Assembly: GCA_046263085.1 (NCBI GenBank)
Contig: JBHELK010000119.1
Coordinates: forward strand, 18,109 to 82,108
Direction of reading: 5' to 3'
DNA length: 64,000 bases
DNA from: Actinomycetota bacterium
GTDB taxonomy: Bacteria; Actinomycetota; UBA4738; JACQTL01
The notes under the pieces are model-generated. The model made no database searches. It was not told where the DNA came from and saw only the letters and a list, made by a program, of their open reading frames with translations. Positions 53,762 through 63,693 of this stretch are shown here, in pieces. The translations under genes and the position numbers were made by a program. How positions within the stretch are numbered: the first letter of the stretch is position 1; each line of letters begins with the position of its first letter.

Positions 53762-54661
53762 CTAGCGGACGTCGGACCTGGGGAGAAGGCCGGCTCGCTC
53801 GATCACGGCCCGCACCGAGTCCTCCTGGCCGAGGCCCATCACGTGGACCCCGGCGATGCCCTCCATCCCCTGCAGCCGCTCCACGATCTCGACCGTCTGG
53901 CGCACCCCGACCTCCGCCGCGTCGGGTCCGGCAGCCTCGAGCTCCTCGATGATCCGATCGGGCACCGCCACCCCCGGGAGGTGGTCGCGCATGAACCGCG
54001 CCGACTTCGGCCCGCGAGGCGGCGCCACGCCCGCGATGACGAAGAGCCGCTCGAGGACCCCACGGGCCCTGGCGCCGTCGGCCCACTCGCCGAAGGCGTC
54101 CACGTCGTAGACGATCTGCGTCTGGACGAAGTCGGCCCCGGCATCCGCTTTCTGGTCGAGCCGGGCGGGGTCGTACGCTTCGTCGAGCGGCAGGTCGGCC
54201 ACGCCGATGAAGTAGCGCGGCGGAGGATCGAATGGGCCCTCCCGCATGCTCGCCACCAGGGCGACCAACTCGGTGACGGACAGGTCGAACACCGGCGTGG
54301 CCTCGGGGTGATCCCCGAGCGAGGTGGGGTCCCCCGTGAGGCACAGCACGTTGCGCGCGCCGAGCGCCCACCCGCCGAGGAGGTCGCTCATCAGCCCGAG
54401 CCGGTTGCGATCACGGCACGTCAGCTGCATGACGGGTTCGAGACCGGCGCCGGCGACCATGGCCACCCCCGCCTGCGAGGACATGTGCACGGCCCCGGTC
54501 GGGTTGTCCGTGACGTTCACGGCGTCGGCGAATCCCACGAGCTCGCTCGCCTGGTCCCGGATGGGTTGGGGGTCGGCGGAGCGCGGGGGCACCACCTCCG
54601 CTGTGACGCAGAACGTCCCCTCGTGCAGCAGTCGCTCGAGCCGCGATTCCGAGCGGATCAC
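53762..54661 (-). CDS. metF: 5,10-methylenetetrahydrofolate reductase
   Basis: FCVTAEVVPP..., VNVTDNPTG and LTCRDRNR conserved MTHFR motifs. Confidence 0.85.
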   Translation of the reverse strand: MIRSESRLERLLHEGTFCVTAEVVPPRSADPQPIRDQASELVGFADAVNVTDNPTGAVHMSSQAGVAMVAGAGLEPVMQLTCRDRNRLGLMSDLLGGWALGARNVLCLTGDPTSLGDHPEATPVFDLSVTELVALVASMREGPFDPPPRYFIGVADLPLDEAYDPARLDQKADAGADFVQTQIVYDVDAFGEWADGARARGVLERLFVIAGVAPPRGPKSARFMRDHLPGVAVPDRIIEELEAAGPDAAEVGVRQTVEIVERLQGMEGIAGVHVMGLGQEDSVRAVIERAGLLPRSDVR

Positions 54662-54668
54662 GGGGAGC

Positions 54669-55538
54669 TCAACCCGTGGCGAGCTCTGCCGCCTGCACGG
54701 TGTTCGACAACAGCATCGCCACCGTCATCGGCCCCACACCACCCGGGACCGGCGTGATCGCCCCCGCCACCTTGGATACCTGGTCGAAGTCGACGTCGCC
54801 GACGAGCGAGCCGTCCTCCGCACGGTTCGTGCCAACGTCGACCACGACGGTGCCCGGCGTGACCATCTCGCCGGTGACGGCGCGGCGCTGGCCGGCTGCC
54901 ACGACCAGGATGTCGGCCCGGAGGGTCTCGAGCGCGAGGTCCCTCGTTCCCGTGTGGCACAACGTGACCGTGGCGTTCAGCCCCTCGCCCTTCATCGAGA
55001 GCAGGATCGAAAGCGGTCGCCCCACGAGGTTCGAGCGCCCCACGACCACCACCCGCTTCCCGGCGACGTCGATCTTGCTGCGCTTGAGCAGCTCCACGAC
55101 ACCGGCGGGCGTCGCCGGGACGAACCGGGGACGGCCCATGGCGAGGAGCCCCTGGTTCTCGGGATGCAGGCCGTCGACGTCCTTGTGCGGGGCGATGGCG
55201 CACTGGAGATCGAAGATGTCGATGGGCGCAACCTCGGGCAGCGGGCTCTGGACGATCACGCCGTGCACGTTCGGATCCCCGTTCAGCTCCGCGATGACCT
55301 CGAGGGCCTGCTGCTCCGACACGTCCGGCGGGAGCGTGCGGTCGAACGCCCGCATGCCCACCTCCGCGGCGGCCTTGTTCTTCATCCGGACGTAGGTGCC
55401 CGAGGCCGGGTCGTCGCCGATCAGCAGGTCGACGAACCCGGGCTGCACACCGCGCTCGGCGAGCTTGCGGACGCGTTCCGCGACCTCGGCCCGGACGTCG
55501 GCGGCGATGGCCTTGCCGTCGATGATGGTCGCCGTCAT
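54669..55538 (-). CDS. folD: Bifunctional methylenetetrahydrofolate dehydrogenase / methenyltetrahydrofolate cyclohydrolase
   Basis: MTATIIDGKAIA...SGTYVRMKNKAA...VVVGRSNLVGRPLS...TPVPGGVGPMTVAMLL are canonical FolD motifs. Confidence 0.9.
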   Translation of the reverse strand: MTATIIDGKAIAADVRAEVAERVRKLAERGVQPGFVDLLIGDDPASGTYVRMKNKAAAEVGMRAFDRTLPPDVSEQQALEVIAELNGDPNVHGVIVQSPLPEVAPIDIFDLQCAIAPHKDVDGLHPENQGLLAMGRPRFVPATPAGVVELLKRSKIDVAGKRVVVVGRSNLVGRPLSILLSMKGEGLNATVTLCHTGTRDLALETLRADILVVAAGQRRAVTGEMVTPGTVVVDVGTNRAEDGSLVGDVDFDQVSKVAGAITPVPGGVGPMTVAMLLSNTVQAAELATG

Positions 55539-55548
55539 GGCTTGCAGC

Positions 55549-57075
55549 CTAGTGCCTGAAGTGGCGGCGGCCCGTGAGCACCATGGCCATGCCGTGTTCC
55601 TCCGCTGCGGCGAGGACCTCGTCGTCGCGCACCGAGCCGCCCGGCTGGATCACGGCGGTCACCCCGGCGGCGCCCGCCGCGTCGACGCCGTCGCGGAAGG
55701 GGAAGAACGCGTCGCTCGCCATCACCGATCCGCGGGAGCGGTCCCCCGCCTTCTTCGCGGCGATCTCCACCGAATCGACACGCGACATCTGGCCGGCACC
55801 GACGCCGACCGTCGCGCCGTCGCGCGCCAGGACGATGGCGTTGGACTTCACCCTGGCCGCGACGACCCAGGCGAACACGAGGTCGCGCCACTCCTCCACC
55901 GACGGATCGCGGGAGGACACGACCTTCATGTCGCTCCGCCCCTCGGTCACGGCATCGTTGTCCTGCACGAGGGCTCCGCCGGGGAGCAGACGCACGTCGG
56001 GCATCGAGCTCGGCCCGACCTGTGCCTCGAGGAGCCGGAGGTTCTTCTTCTCCCCGAACAGGGAGAGCGCGCCCTCCGAGAACGACGGCGCCACAACCAC
56101 CTCGGTGAACACCTCGCCGATGGCGGCCGCGGCCGCATCGTCGAGCGCCGCGTTCACCGCGACCACACCTCCGAACGCGGAGACGGTGTCCGAGGCGAAC
56201 GCCCTGCGGTACGCCTCTTCCAGCGAGGGGGCCACGGCCACGCCGCATGGGTTGTTGTGCTTGACGATCACGGCAGCCGGCGACGGCAGCGAGGCCGCGA
56301 GCGACAACGCCGCCTCGGCGTCGAGCCAGTTGTTGAACGACATCGCCTTGCCCTGCAGCACGCGCGCGCCGTGAAGCGGCCCGGGGCCGCCGGGCAGCCG
56401 GTACAGCGCGGCCCGCTGGTGAGGGTTCTCGCCGTAGCGGAGGTCCTCGATCTTCTCGAGCGCCGTGAACAGCAGGGCCGGGAGCTCCGCCGGGTCGCCG
56501 GCGGCGAACCACGACGCGATGGCCTCGTCGTAGGCCGCGATCTCGCGGAAGGCCTCGGCGGCCAGCGCGCGCCGCGTCTCGCGCGAGAGCTCCCCGCCGG
56601 CCCGGAGCTCTTCCACGACCTCTGCGTACCGGGCGGGACTGACCACGACGCCCACCGACTCGAAGTTCTTCGCGGCGGCCCGGACCAGCGTCGGCCCGCC
56701 GATGTCGATCTGCTCCACGATCTCGTCGGGCGACGCGCCGCTCGCGACGGCCTCCCGGAACGGATAGAGGGTCACCACGACGAGGTCGAAGGGTTCGATC
56801 CCCAGCTCCTCGAGCTGGCGGATGTGCTCGGGATCGCGGCGGTCGGCCAGGATCCCGCCGTGGATCTTCGGGTGAAGCGTCTTCACCCGCCCCCCGAGGA
56901 TCTCGGGATGCCCCGTGACGTCGGCGACCGCCGTCACCTCGAGCGCGGCGTCGCGGATGACGCCGGCCGTCGAACCGGACGACACGATGTCGACGCCGAG
57001 CTCGCGCAGTGCCCGGGCCAGGTCGACGAGACCGGTCTTGTCGGCCACCGACACGAGCGCCCGCCGGACCTTCAT
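55549..57075 (-). CDS. purH: Bifunctional AICAR formyltransferase / IMP cyclohydrolase
   Basis: KVRRALVSVADKTG...GILADR...KHNNPCGVA...MASDAFFPFRDG are canonical PurH motifs. ATG at 57075; an alternative GTG lies at 57078. Confidence 0.9.
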   Translation of the reverse strand: MKVRRALVSVADKTGLVDLARALRELGVDIVSSGSTAGVIRDAALEVTAVADVTGHPEILGGRVKTLHPKIHGGILADRRDPEHIRQLEELGIEPFDLVVVTLYPFREAVASGASPDEIVEQIDIGGPTLVRAAAKNFESVGVVVSPARYAEVVEELRAGGELSRETRRALAAEAFREIAAYDEAIASWFAAGDPAELPALLFTALEKIEDLRYGENPHQRAALYRLPGGPGPLHGARVLQGKAMSFNNWLDAEAALSLAASLPSPAAVIVKHNNPCGVAVAPSLEEAYRRAFASDTVSAFGGVVAVNAALDDAAAAAIGEVFTEVVVAPSFSEGALSLFGEKKNLRLLEAQVGPSSMPDVRLLPGGALVQDNDAVTEGRSDMKVVSSRDPSVEEWRDLVFAWVVAARVKSNAIVLARDGATVGVGAGQMSRVDSVEIAAKKAGDRSRGSVMASDAFFPFRDGVDAAGAAGVTAVIQPGGSVRDDEVLAAAEEHGMAMVLTGRRHFRH

Positions 57076-57677
57076 CACCCGTCCTCCAGCACGTGCACGA
57101 CACGCCCCTCGACCTTCAACCGTCCCTCGACCAGGGCCCGGAGGGCCCTCGGATACAGCCGGTGCTCGACCTCGTGGACACGCTCCAGGAGCGAGGCCTC
57201 GTCGTCATCCGAGGCCACCTCGATCGCCTCCTGCACCACGATCGGGCCGTGATCGACCTCCTCGTCGACGAGGTGGACGGTGACGCCCGTGACCTTCGCT
57301 CCCCACTGCATCGCGTCGCGGACGGCGTGAGCGCCGGGGAACGACGGCAGCAGCGACGGATGGATGTTCAGCAGCCGCCCCTCGAAGGCCCGAACGACGT
57401 CGGCCGACAGGATCCTCATGAACCCGGCCAGCGCGACGTACTCGATGTTCTCGACCGACAGCACGTTCAGGAGTCCCCGGTCGTAGTCCTCGCGGTCCGG
57501 GTGGGCCTTCGGGTCCAGGAAGATCGAGCCCACCCCGGCAGCGTCCGCGCGTTGCAACGCTCCCGACGCCTCGTGGTCCGAGACGACCAGCGCGATCCAG
57601 GGGCGCACGACGGGGTCGTCGAGGAGCGCCTGGAGGTTGGACCCGTTCCCCGAGGCGAGCACCGCGACCCGGGCCAT
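57075..57677 (-). CDS. purN: Phosphoribosylglycinamide formyltransferase
   Basis: MARVAVLASGNGSNLQALL...NIHPSLLPSFPG are PurN motifs. The stop overlaps the purH start (TGATG). The upstream Arg-rich ORF extension was trimmed. Confidence 0.85.
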   Translation of the reverse strand: MARVAVLASGNGSNLQALLDDPVVRPWIALVVSDHEASGALQRADAAGVGSIFLDPKAHPDREDYDRGLLNVLSVENIEYVALAGFMRILSADVVRAFEGRLLNIHPSLLPSFPGAHAVRDAMQWGAKVTGVTVHLVDEEVDHGPIVVQEAIEVASDDDEASLLERVHEVEHRLYPRALRALVEGRLKVEGRVVHVLEDG

Positions 57678-57698
57678 CACGTCGCCGGACGGTAGGGG

Positions 57699-58373
57699 GT
57701 GCTCGCGAACGATGCAACTGGCCGGCGCCCGCCCGAGGCTAAGCTGAGGTGGATGCCGCCCGACGACCAGGCAACGCGCAGCGCGGCGCGGTGCGACTCC
57801 CACCCCGGCACCGCATCGGTCGCCGTCTGCGAATCCTGCGGGAGGGCCCTGTGCCTGGCGTGCGCGGTTCCCGTGCGCGGTCGGGTGATCGGCCGTGAGT
57901 GTCTTGCGGAGGTGCTGGGTCCAGAAGGGTCCCCGGCCCCGGCGCCGGTCCCGCCCCGCCCCAGGAACCCGCTCCTGCGGCTGGCGACGGTGGCCTTCGC
58001 CGTCGCCGCCGCGGCATCGGTCCTCCCGTGGACGCACTTCGGCGTCGGCTCCGGCATGTTCGGCGGCTGGGAGTACGACCCGCCCCGGTGGTCGCTGGTG
58101 GAGGCAGCCGCCTCGGCGGTCGGGCTCACCCTGTCCGCGTTCCTGGTGGCCCGCACGGTGCGGCATGGGTGGATAGCGAAGGCCGCGCTCCCGGGTCTCG
58201 CCCTCGCCGGCGTCCTGGGCACGGTGCTGCACATCCTGAACCCGCCTCCCTTCACCCAGGCCTGGTACGGCTCCTGGGTGGCGCTCGGCGGTGCCGCCGT
58301 CGCGAGCTTCGCCACCCTGTCGCTGCTGGTCAGGCGCCGCGCCGGAGACCTCCATTCCTTGACTCACCCCTGA
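57699..58373 (+). CDS. Hypothetical membrane protein with N-terminal CxxC...CxxC zinc-ribbon-like segment
   Basis: CDSHPGTASVAVCESCGRALCLAC followed by about four TM helices. Coding-like GC3 bias. The start is either the GTG at 57699 or the ATG at 57753. No family assignment. Confidence 0.45.
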   Translation: MLANDATGRRPPEAKLRWMPPDDQATRSAARCDSHPGTASVAVCESCGRALCLACAVPVRGRVIGRECLAEVLGPEGSPAPAPVPPRPRNPLLRLATVAFAVAAAASVLPWTHFGVGSGMFGGWEYDPPRWSLVEAAASAVGLTLSAFLVARTVRHGWIAKAALPGLALAGVLGTVLHILNPPPFTQAWYGSWVALGGAAVASFATLSLLVRRRAGDLHSLTHP

Positions 58374-58445
58374 CCAGGGAACAGAATCCGCTCAGGCCTA
58401 CGATCCGTGGGCGGACCGGGGAATCACTACCAGGGAGGAGAGCGG

Positions 58446-58925
58446 ATGGCGCAACGACCTCAGTTCGACATGTCCAAGATGTCGACGGCCTCGAAGATCC
58501 TGCTCGGGGCGGGATTGCTGTACCTGATCGACATGTTCCTCGCCTGGAACAAGTTCTGCCTTGCGGGCCAGTGCAGCAGCGGCATCAGCGGCTGGCACGG
58601 GATCGGGTTCCTGAACGGCATCATCGTGATCCTGATCGTGCTCATGGAGATCCTGTTGATCGCCGGCGTGCAGGTGAACGCGGGCACCACGCAGCAGAAG
58701 ATGATGACCGAGGCGGGACTCGCCGGTGCGTTGCTGGTCTTCACGATCCTCCGCGTCCTCCTGAAGCCGTCGGTGCTCGGCTTCAAGGCCGACATCAAGT
58801 ACGGAGCCTGGATCGGCCTCATCCTGGCATTGGTCATCGCGTACGGCGGCTACATGCGATGGCAGGAATCGAAGGTCGGGACGCCGCCACCGGCGTCGCC
58901 GGCAGGTGGGGGCTTCGCGCCGTAG
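58446..58925 (+). CDS. Hypothetical small integral membrane protein
   Basis: A GGGAGGAGAGCGG RBS precedes the ATG at 58446. Four predicted TM helices. No family recognised. Confidence 0.5.
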   Translation: MAQRPQFDMSKMSTASKILLGAGLLYLIDMFLAWNKFCLAGQCSSGISGWHGIGFLNGIIVILIVLMEILLIAGVQVNAGTTQQKMMTEAGLAGALLVFTILRVLLKPSVLGFKADIKYGAWIGLILALVIAYGGYMRWQESKVGTPPPASPAGGGFAP

Positions 58926-58948
58926 ATCGAGCGCACCACCGCATCGCG

Positions 58949-58974
58949 GAGGGCCCCGCTTCGGCGGGGCCCTC
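58949..58974. terminator. Hairpin GAGGGCCCCGC-TTCG-GCGGGGCCCTC followed by TT, between convergent genes
   Basis: 11-bp perfect GC-rich stem with a TTCG tetraloop, read from the sequence. It sits 24 nt after the stop at 58925. Confidence 0.55.
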
Positions 58975-58990
58975 TTGCATGTCGGCTCGA

Positions 58991-60331
58991 TCAATCCGGC
59001 GCTGCGTCCGACTCGGGAGAGCGGGCCAGGAGCGAGCCGACGGCGCCGCCCGCAACCCCCCACAGGAGGGCGACGAGGCCGCCCGTGACCGGCCGGGGTC
59101 CGACGGAGCCGTGCCCGAGCTGTCCCACCTCCACGACCCTGGCCGAGGCGGAGAAGCCGATACCGGCGAGCCACGCGCCGGCGCCGACGAGCACGCCGAA
59201 CACGACGCCGGAACCGGCACCCGCGGCCAGGGCGCTCGATCGACGCGTCGAGCGCGTTCGGCGGGCCGCCGCGAGTCCTCCCGAGACCGTGGCCAGCGCC
59301 GGCACCAGCAGGAACAGGAAGTACGGGGGTGGCGCGGTCTCGAACCCGACCGCCTCCGGGGGCCGGATCCGGCCGTGATGCTGCCCGAGGCGGACGTCCT
59401 GGGCGCCGACTCGAAGCGACGCTCGCGGCCCCGGGAAGTGGCCGTAGCACAGCAGATCGATGTCCACGTCGGACCTCCCGAAGCGACCGGTGAGCGCGTC
59501 GCATCCGCCCATCGCCGGGACCAGCACCCACAGCGACTGATCCGGCAACGCCAGCACGTGGTGCGCGAAGCCGGCCGCGCCGCCGGCACCGCTCGTGACG
59601 GCGGTGACGTAGCGCCTCGTCGCTTCGGGCTTGGCCGCGGCGAGCACGAGCAGGCCCACGAAGCTCAGGACCAAGGCGGCGAGGAACGCGCGCCACCCGC
59701 CGGCGAGCGCGGCGAGCACGCGCTCCCGGCCGCTCCCCGGCGCGGCACGCTCCCGGTCCCCCGAGAACAGGCCGCCCGCGCCGCCCGCAACGGCGCCCAG
59801 GGCGAGGGGCACGAGGAGCGCGCCGAGATGGTCGGCGTCGAGGCGAACGGGGCCTCGACGACCCAGCGACGTCACGTAGGACAGGAGGAACGGGAGGAGC
59901 GCGTACGGGATGGCGACGCTGGAAGCGCCGAGGATCCGCCGCCACGTGCCTCCGTCGGCATCGGACGCGAGCCGGCGCCCGGATCGGAACAGCAACCAGA
60001 CGGCGAGGCCGGTCACCGACAGCAGCGCTACCTGGTACCCGAAGGAGGGGCCCGAGTCCCGGACCACGGCGATCGACGCCGTGACGGACGTCGTGATCGT
60101 GACGTGGTGGAAGGCGAAGAAGTACATCGCGCCGAGTCGAAGGGTGTCCACGAGACCGAGGTGGCCGGTGCCGGCGGACACCCGGAGCGCGAGGTACACG
60201 ACGAACGCCATCGCCTCGCCGATCAGCGCGACGGCCAGGAAGACACCGGAGCCCATCCGGAGCGCCCGGAGCCATGGGATGGAGCGATCGCGACGGGGAG
60301 GATGGGTGCCCGGAGGGGGCGCGTCGGTCAC
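58991..60331 (-). CDS. Hypothetical polytopic membrane protein
   Basis: About ten predicted TM helices. The GTG start at 60331 overlaps the sucD stop in a GTGA arrangement, which suggests translational coupling to sucCD. No family recognised. Confidence 0.55.
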   Translation of the reverse strand: MTDAPPPGTHPPRRDRSIPWLRALRMGSGVFLAVALIGEAMAFVVYLALRVSAGTGHLGLVDTLRLGAMYFFAFHHVTITTSVTASIAVVRDSGPSFGYQVALLSVTGLAVWLLFRSGRRLASDADGGTWRRILGASSVAIPYALLPFLLSYVTSLGRRGPVRLDADHLGALLVPLALGAVAGGAGGLFSGDRERAAPGSGRERVLAALAGGWRAFLAALVLSFVGLLVLAAAKPEATRRYVTAVTSGAGGAAGFAHHVLALPDQSLWVLVPAMGGCDALTGRFGRSDVDIDLLCYGHFPGPRASLRVGAQDVRLGQHHGRIRPPEAVGFETAPPPYFLFLLVPALATVSGGLAAARRTRSTRRSSALAAGAGSGVVFGVLVGAGAWLAGIGFSASARVVEVGQLGHGSVGPRPVTGGLVALLWGVAGGAVGSLLARSPESDAAPD

Positions 60332-61200
60332 GAGGGCAGCGAGGCCTCGACCAGCTCCCCGACCTCGTTCGGCGTCCTGCCGACCTTCACACCGACCTTC
60401 TCGAACGCCTCGGCCTTGGCCTGCGCGGTGCCGCGCGAGCCCGTGATGATGGCCCCCGCGTGGCCCATCCGCTTGCCCGCCGGCGCGGTGAACCCCGCGA
60501 CGTACCCCACGACGGGCGTGGCCATGTGCTCCGCGATGTACTGCGCCGAGCGCTCCTCGTCGTCGCCGCCGATCTCACCGATGAGCACCACGAGCTCCGT
60601 CTCCGGATCGGCCTCGAACCGCTCGAGGGCATCGATGAATCCGAGCCCGTGCACGGGGTCTCCCCCGATGCCGATGCACGTGGACTGCCCGATGCCCCGG
60701 GTCGTGAGCTCGTGCACGATCTGGTACGTCAGGGTGCCGGAGCGCGACACGACACCCACCCGTCCACGGGTACAGATCTCTCCCGGGATGATCCCCACGT
60801 TGGCCTGGCCCGGGGAGATGAGCCCGGGGCAGTTCGGTCCGATCAGCACGGAGTCGCTCCCCCGCAGGTAGCTCGCCACGGGCGCCATGTCGTGCACCGG
60901 GATCCCCTCCGTGATGCACACCACCAGCGGAACGCCCGCCTCGGCGGCCTCGAAGATGGCGTCGGCGGCGAAGCGGGCCGGCACGAAGATCATCGCCGTG
61001 TTGGCGTCGGTCTCCCGGACCGCTTCCATCACGGTGTCGTACACGGGGATGCCCTCGACGTCGGTGCCGGACTTGCCCGGGGTGACCCCGGCCACGACCT
61101 TGGTCCCGTACGCGCGGTTGCGCATGGCGTGGAACCGGCCCTGCTCGCCCGTCAGCCCCTGCACCACGACCCGCGTCTCGTGACCGACGAGGATGGCCAT
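60328..61200 (-). CDS. sucD: Succinyl-CoA synthetase alpha subunit
   Basis: [14 protein letters not shown]...GPNCPGLI...SRSGTLTYQ...catalytic His region MGHAGAII. Confidence 0.9.
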   Translation of the reverse strand: MAILVGHETRVVVQGLTGEQGRFHAMRNRAYGTKVVAGVTPGKSGTDVEGIPVYDTVMEAVRETDANTAMIFVPARFAADAIFEAAEAGVPLVVCITEGIPVHDMAPVASYLRGSDSVLIGPNCPGLISPGQANVGIIPGEICTRGRVGVVSRSGTLTYQIVHELTTRGIGQSTCIGIGGDPVHGLGFIDALERFEADPETELVVLIGEIGGDDEERSAQYIAEHMATPVVGYVAGFTAPAGKRMGHAGAIITGSRGTAQAKAEAFEKVGVKVGRTPNEVGELVEASLPS

Positions 61201-61203
61201 CGC

Positions 61204-62346
61204 CTAGGCCACTTCCTTCGACAGATCGGCGGCCTTCTGCGCGCCGTCCCACATCGTGTCGGCGGTGACGATCCCGGCGAGGTTCGCCTCGGCGAGGATG
61301 CGCCGGCCCTCCTCGGCGTTCGTGCCGTCGAGCCGCACCACGATCGGCACCGTCGCCTCGATCATGCCGAGCGCCTGCACGATGCCCTTCGCCACCTCGT
61401 CGCACCGCGTGATGCCGCCGAAGATGTTGATGAGCACCGAGCGGACGGCCGGATCCGACAGGATCACCTCGAGCGCGGTGGCCACGACGTCGGCGCGCGA
61501 GCCGCCCCCGGCGTCCAGGAAGTTCGCCGGTCGCCCGCCGGCGAGCGCCACGAGATCGAGGGTCGACATCACGAGGCCGGCGCCGTTGCCCATGATCCCG
61601 ACCTCGCCGTCGAGCTTCACGTACTGCAGGTCCTTCTCCCTGGCGCGCGCCTCCGTCGGGTCGATCGGGAACTCCCCGCGCAGCTCGGCGAGCTCCGGCT
61701 GCCGGTACAGCGCGCTGTCGTCGACGGTGACCTTGGAGTCGAGCGCGACCACGCGGCCGTCTCCGAGCTTGGCGAGCGGATTGATCTCCACGAGCGTGGC
61801 GTCGGCCGCGCGCAGCACCTCGTACATCTTCTGCAGGATCTCCGACGCGCCCGCTCGGGCGTCCTCGGGGAGCGTCCCGGTGAGCCACCGCAGTTGGTAC
61901 CCGTGCACGCCGAGCATGGGAGCGATGTGCGCGCGACGGATGGCGTCGGGACGTTCCTCCGCGAGCTGCTCAATGTCCATGCCGCCCTCGGCCGTGACCA
62001 TCGCCAGGAACGTTCCCGCTCCCCGATCCAGCGTGATCGCGCAGTAGAACTCGCTGTCGATGTCGACGAGCTCCTCGCAGAGCACGCGCGTCACCGGCAT
62101 GTCCTTGAAGCCCCCGGCGAGCATCCTCTCGGCGGCGGCCGCCGCTTCCTCCGGCGATTTCGCCACCACGATGCCGCCGCCCTTGCCCCGCCCCCCGATC
62201 TGCACCTGGACCTTCACCACGGCCCCGCCGCCGAGCTCCTCCGCGGCCGTGCGGGCTTCCTCGGCGGAACGGGCCACGATGCCCCGGGGCGTGGGGATCC
62301 CGTGCTGACGAAAGAGCTCCTTCCCCTGGTGTTCGTAGAGATCCAT
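61204..62346 (-). CDS. sucC: Succinyl-CoA synthetase beta subunit (ADP-forming)
   Basis: MDLYEHQGKELF...VVKVQVQIGGRGKGGG...GIMGNGAGLVMSTLD are canonical SucC motifs. The start was trimmed to MDLYEH at 62346. Confidence 0.9.
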   Translation of the reverse strand: MDLYEHQGKELFRQHGIPTPRGIVARSAEEARTAAEELGGGAVVKVQVQIGGRGKGGGIVVAKSPEEAAAAAERMLAGGFKDMPVTRVLCEELVDIDSEFYCAITLDRGAGTFLAMVTAEGGMDIEQLAEERPDAIRRAHIAPMLGVHGYQLRWLTGTLPEDARAGASEILQKMYEVLRAADATLVEINPLAKLGDGRVVALDSKVTVDDSALYRQPELAELRGEFPIDPTEARAREKDLQYVKLDGEVGIMGNGAGLVMSTLDLVALAGGRPANFLDAGGGSRADVVATALEVILSDPAVRSVLINIFGGITRCDEVAKGIVQALGMIEATVPIVVRLDGTNAEEGRRILAEANLAGIVTADTMWDGAQKAADLSKEVA

Positions 62347-62351
62347 TCGTA

Positions 62352-62386
62352 TTGGGGAGGGGCTACCCCTCCCCAACCCCCTCCCC
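62352..62386. repeat. TTGGGGAGGGG-CTA-CCCCTCCCCAA hairpin followed by an extra CCCCCTCCCC arm. It is a second copy of the element at 15036-15104.
   Basis: Read from the sequence. It lies between the stop of the B12-binding gene (62419) and the sucC start (62346), on the transcribed strand of both. Confidence 0.6.
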
Positions 62387-62418
62387 GGCGTCCGTGCTCA
62401 CGACCCCATCCCCGTCCC

Positions 62419-62835
62419 TCACGCGCTCGCTGCTTCGGTCTCGCCGAGTCGCTCGCGCAGCCACGCGACGATCTCGGTGGTCGGGGCACCGGGTGTGAAG
62501 ATCTTCTCGACGCCCGCCTCCGCCAGCCTCGGGATGTCCTCCTTGGGGATGATGCCGCCGCCGAAGACGAGGATCTCGCCGGCGCCCTGGTCGCGGAGCA
62601 GCCGGATGACCTTCGGGAACAGCGTCATGTGGGCCCCCGAGTGGCAGGACAATCCGACGCCGTCGGCGTCCTCCTGGATGGCGGCCTCGACGATCTGCTC
62701 CGGCGTCTGGTGCAGGCCGGTGTAGATCACCTCGAAACCGGCGTCGCGCAGCGCCCGGGCCACGACCTTCGCTCCGCGGTCGTGGCCGTCGAGGCCGGGC
62801 TTGGCCACGATGATCCGGTGCTTCTCGGTGGGCAC
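62419..62835 (-). CDS. Cobalamin-binding small subunit of an acyl-CoA mutase (methylmalonyl/isobutyryl-CoA mutase B12-binding domain, IcmB-like)
   Basis: [34 protein letters not shown] contains the DxHxxG B12-binding motif. The 138 aa standalone size is IcmB-like. No catalytic large subunit is adjacent. Confidence 0.8.
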   Translation of the reverse strand: MPTEKHRIIVAKPGLDGHDRGAKVVARALRDAGFEVIYTGLHQTPEQIVEAAIQEDADGVGLSCHSGAHMTLFPKVIRLLRDQGAGEILVFGGGIIPKEDIPRLAEAGVEKIFTPGAPTTEIVAWLRERLGETEAASA

Positions 62836-62886
62836 GCGGCCAAATATATCGGGGCGGTGCGCTGCCGACTCGCGGGGGCGTCGCGG

Positions 62887-63609
62887 CTAGGCGTGCGGCG
62901 GCTCCCCGTTCCCGTCGAAGGGGACGAAGAAGGCCCAGAGCACCGTGCGTCCGAACGTCGTCTTCTTGCTGTCGACGGCGACCGCCGTCAGCTCGACGGT
63001 GTGCTCGCCCTCCTTCGTCACCGGGACCACCCCGTCCGTGGCGCAGTCGTCGTCGGAGTTCACGCCGTTCACCACGAACCACCGGCGGGTCGACGAGACC
63101 TCGTCGCCGTCGACCGCCAGCGCGCAGGCCAGGAGGTCGCGGATCTTCTGGTTGTAGGTGTCGGAGGACGCGTGGATCACGAGGAAGCCCGGCCCCGGTG
63201 CTCGGATCGAGGCCGAGATCACGGAGCCGCTCTTGCCGACCAGCGTGCGACTCGAGGCGCTGGCGGCGTACCCCACACGCGTGAGCCGGTCGGGAGAGAA
63301 GCCACCGACGCGCTCGGCATTGGCCACGGTGCTGCCCGCCTGGTAGAAGCCGGTCGAGTCGATGCCGTCGAGCTGATCGGCGTCGCCGACCTTCTTGATG
63401 GCGTTGTCGGGCAGGTAGCCGTTCGGGCAGGTGGCGACGAGCACCCGGTCGCGGTTCGCCACCGAGGCCTTGCAGCTCACGGCGTCGAAGCCGTCGACCT
63501 TGTCGGCGTTCGTGACGTTCGCGGCGATGGCCGGAGCCGCCGCGGTGACGGCCGCCGTGACGAAGGCGACGACGACGGTCGATGCATGGCGTTGCAGGAG
63601 GGTGAGCAT
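62887..63609 (-). CDS. Secreted hypothetical protein
   Basis: Signal peptide MLTLLQRHASTVVVAFVTAAVTAAAPAIAANVT. Strong GC3 bias. No recognisable family. Confidence 0.55.
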   Translation of the reverse strand: MLTLLQRHASTVVVAFVTAAVTAAAPAIAANVTNADKVDGFDAVSCKASVANRDRVLVATCPNGYLPDNAIKKVGDADQLDGIDSTGFYQAGSTVANAERVGGFSPDRLTRVGYAASASSRTLVGKSGSVISASIRAPGPGFLVIHASSDTYNQKIRDLLACALAVDGDEVSSTRRWFVVNGVNSDDDCATDGVVPVTKEGEHTVELTAVAVDSKKTTFGRTVLWAFFVPFDGNGEPPHA

Positions 63610-63693
63610 GGGGAAGCCTTTCGCTCGCTCGGTCCCTCCATGTTCGCCCCTCGGGCGGGCGAGTCAAGGACGCTGCCTATACTCGTGACCGGC

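Noticed and set aside
57600-57900. ZTP (pfl) riboswitch upstream of purN-purH-folD
   Set aside because: I looked for the conserved pfl elements on the minus strand. The available non-coding space is at most about 75 nt, and I see no recognisable consensus by eye. This cannot be confirmed without a covariance-model search.
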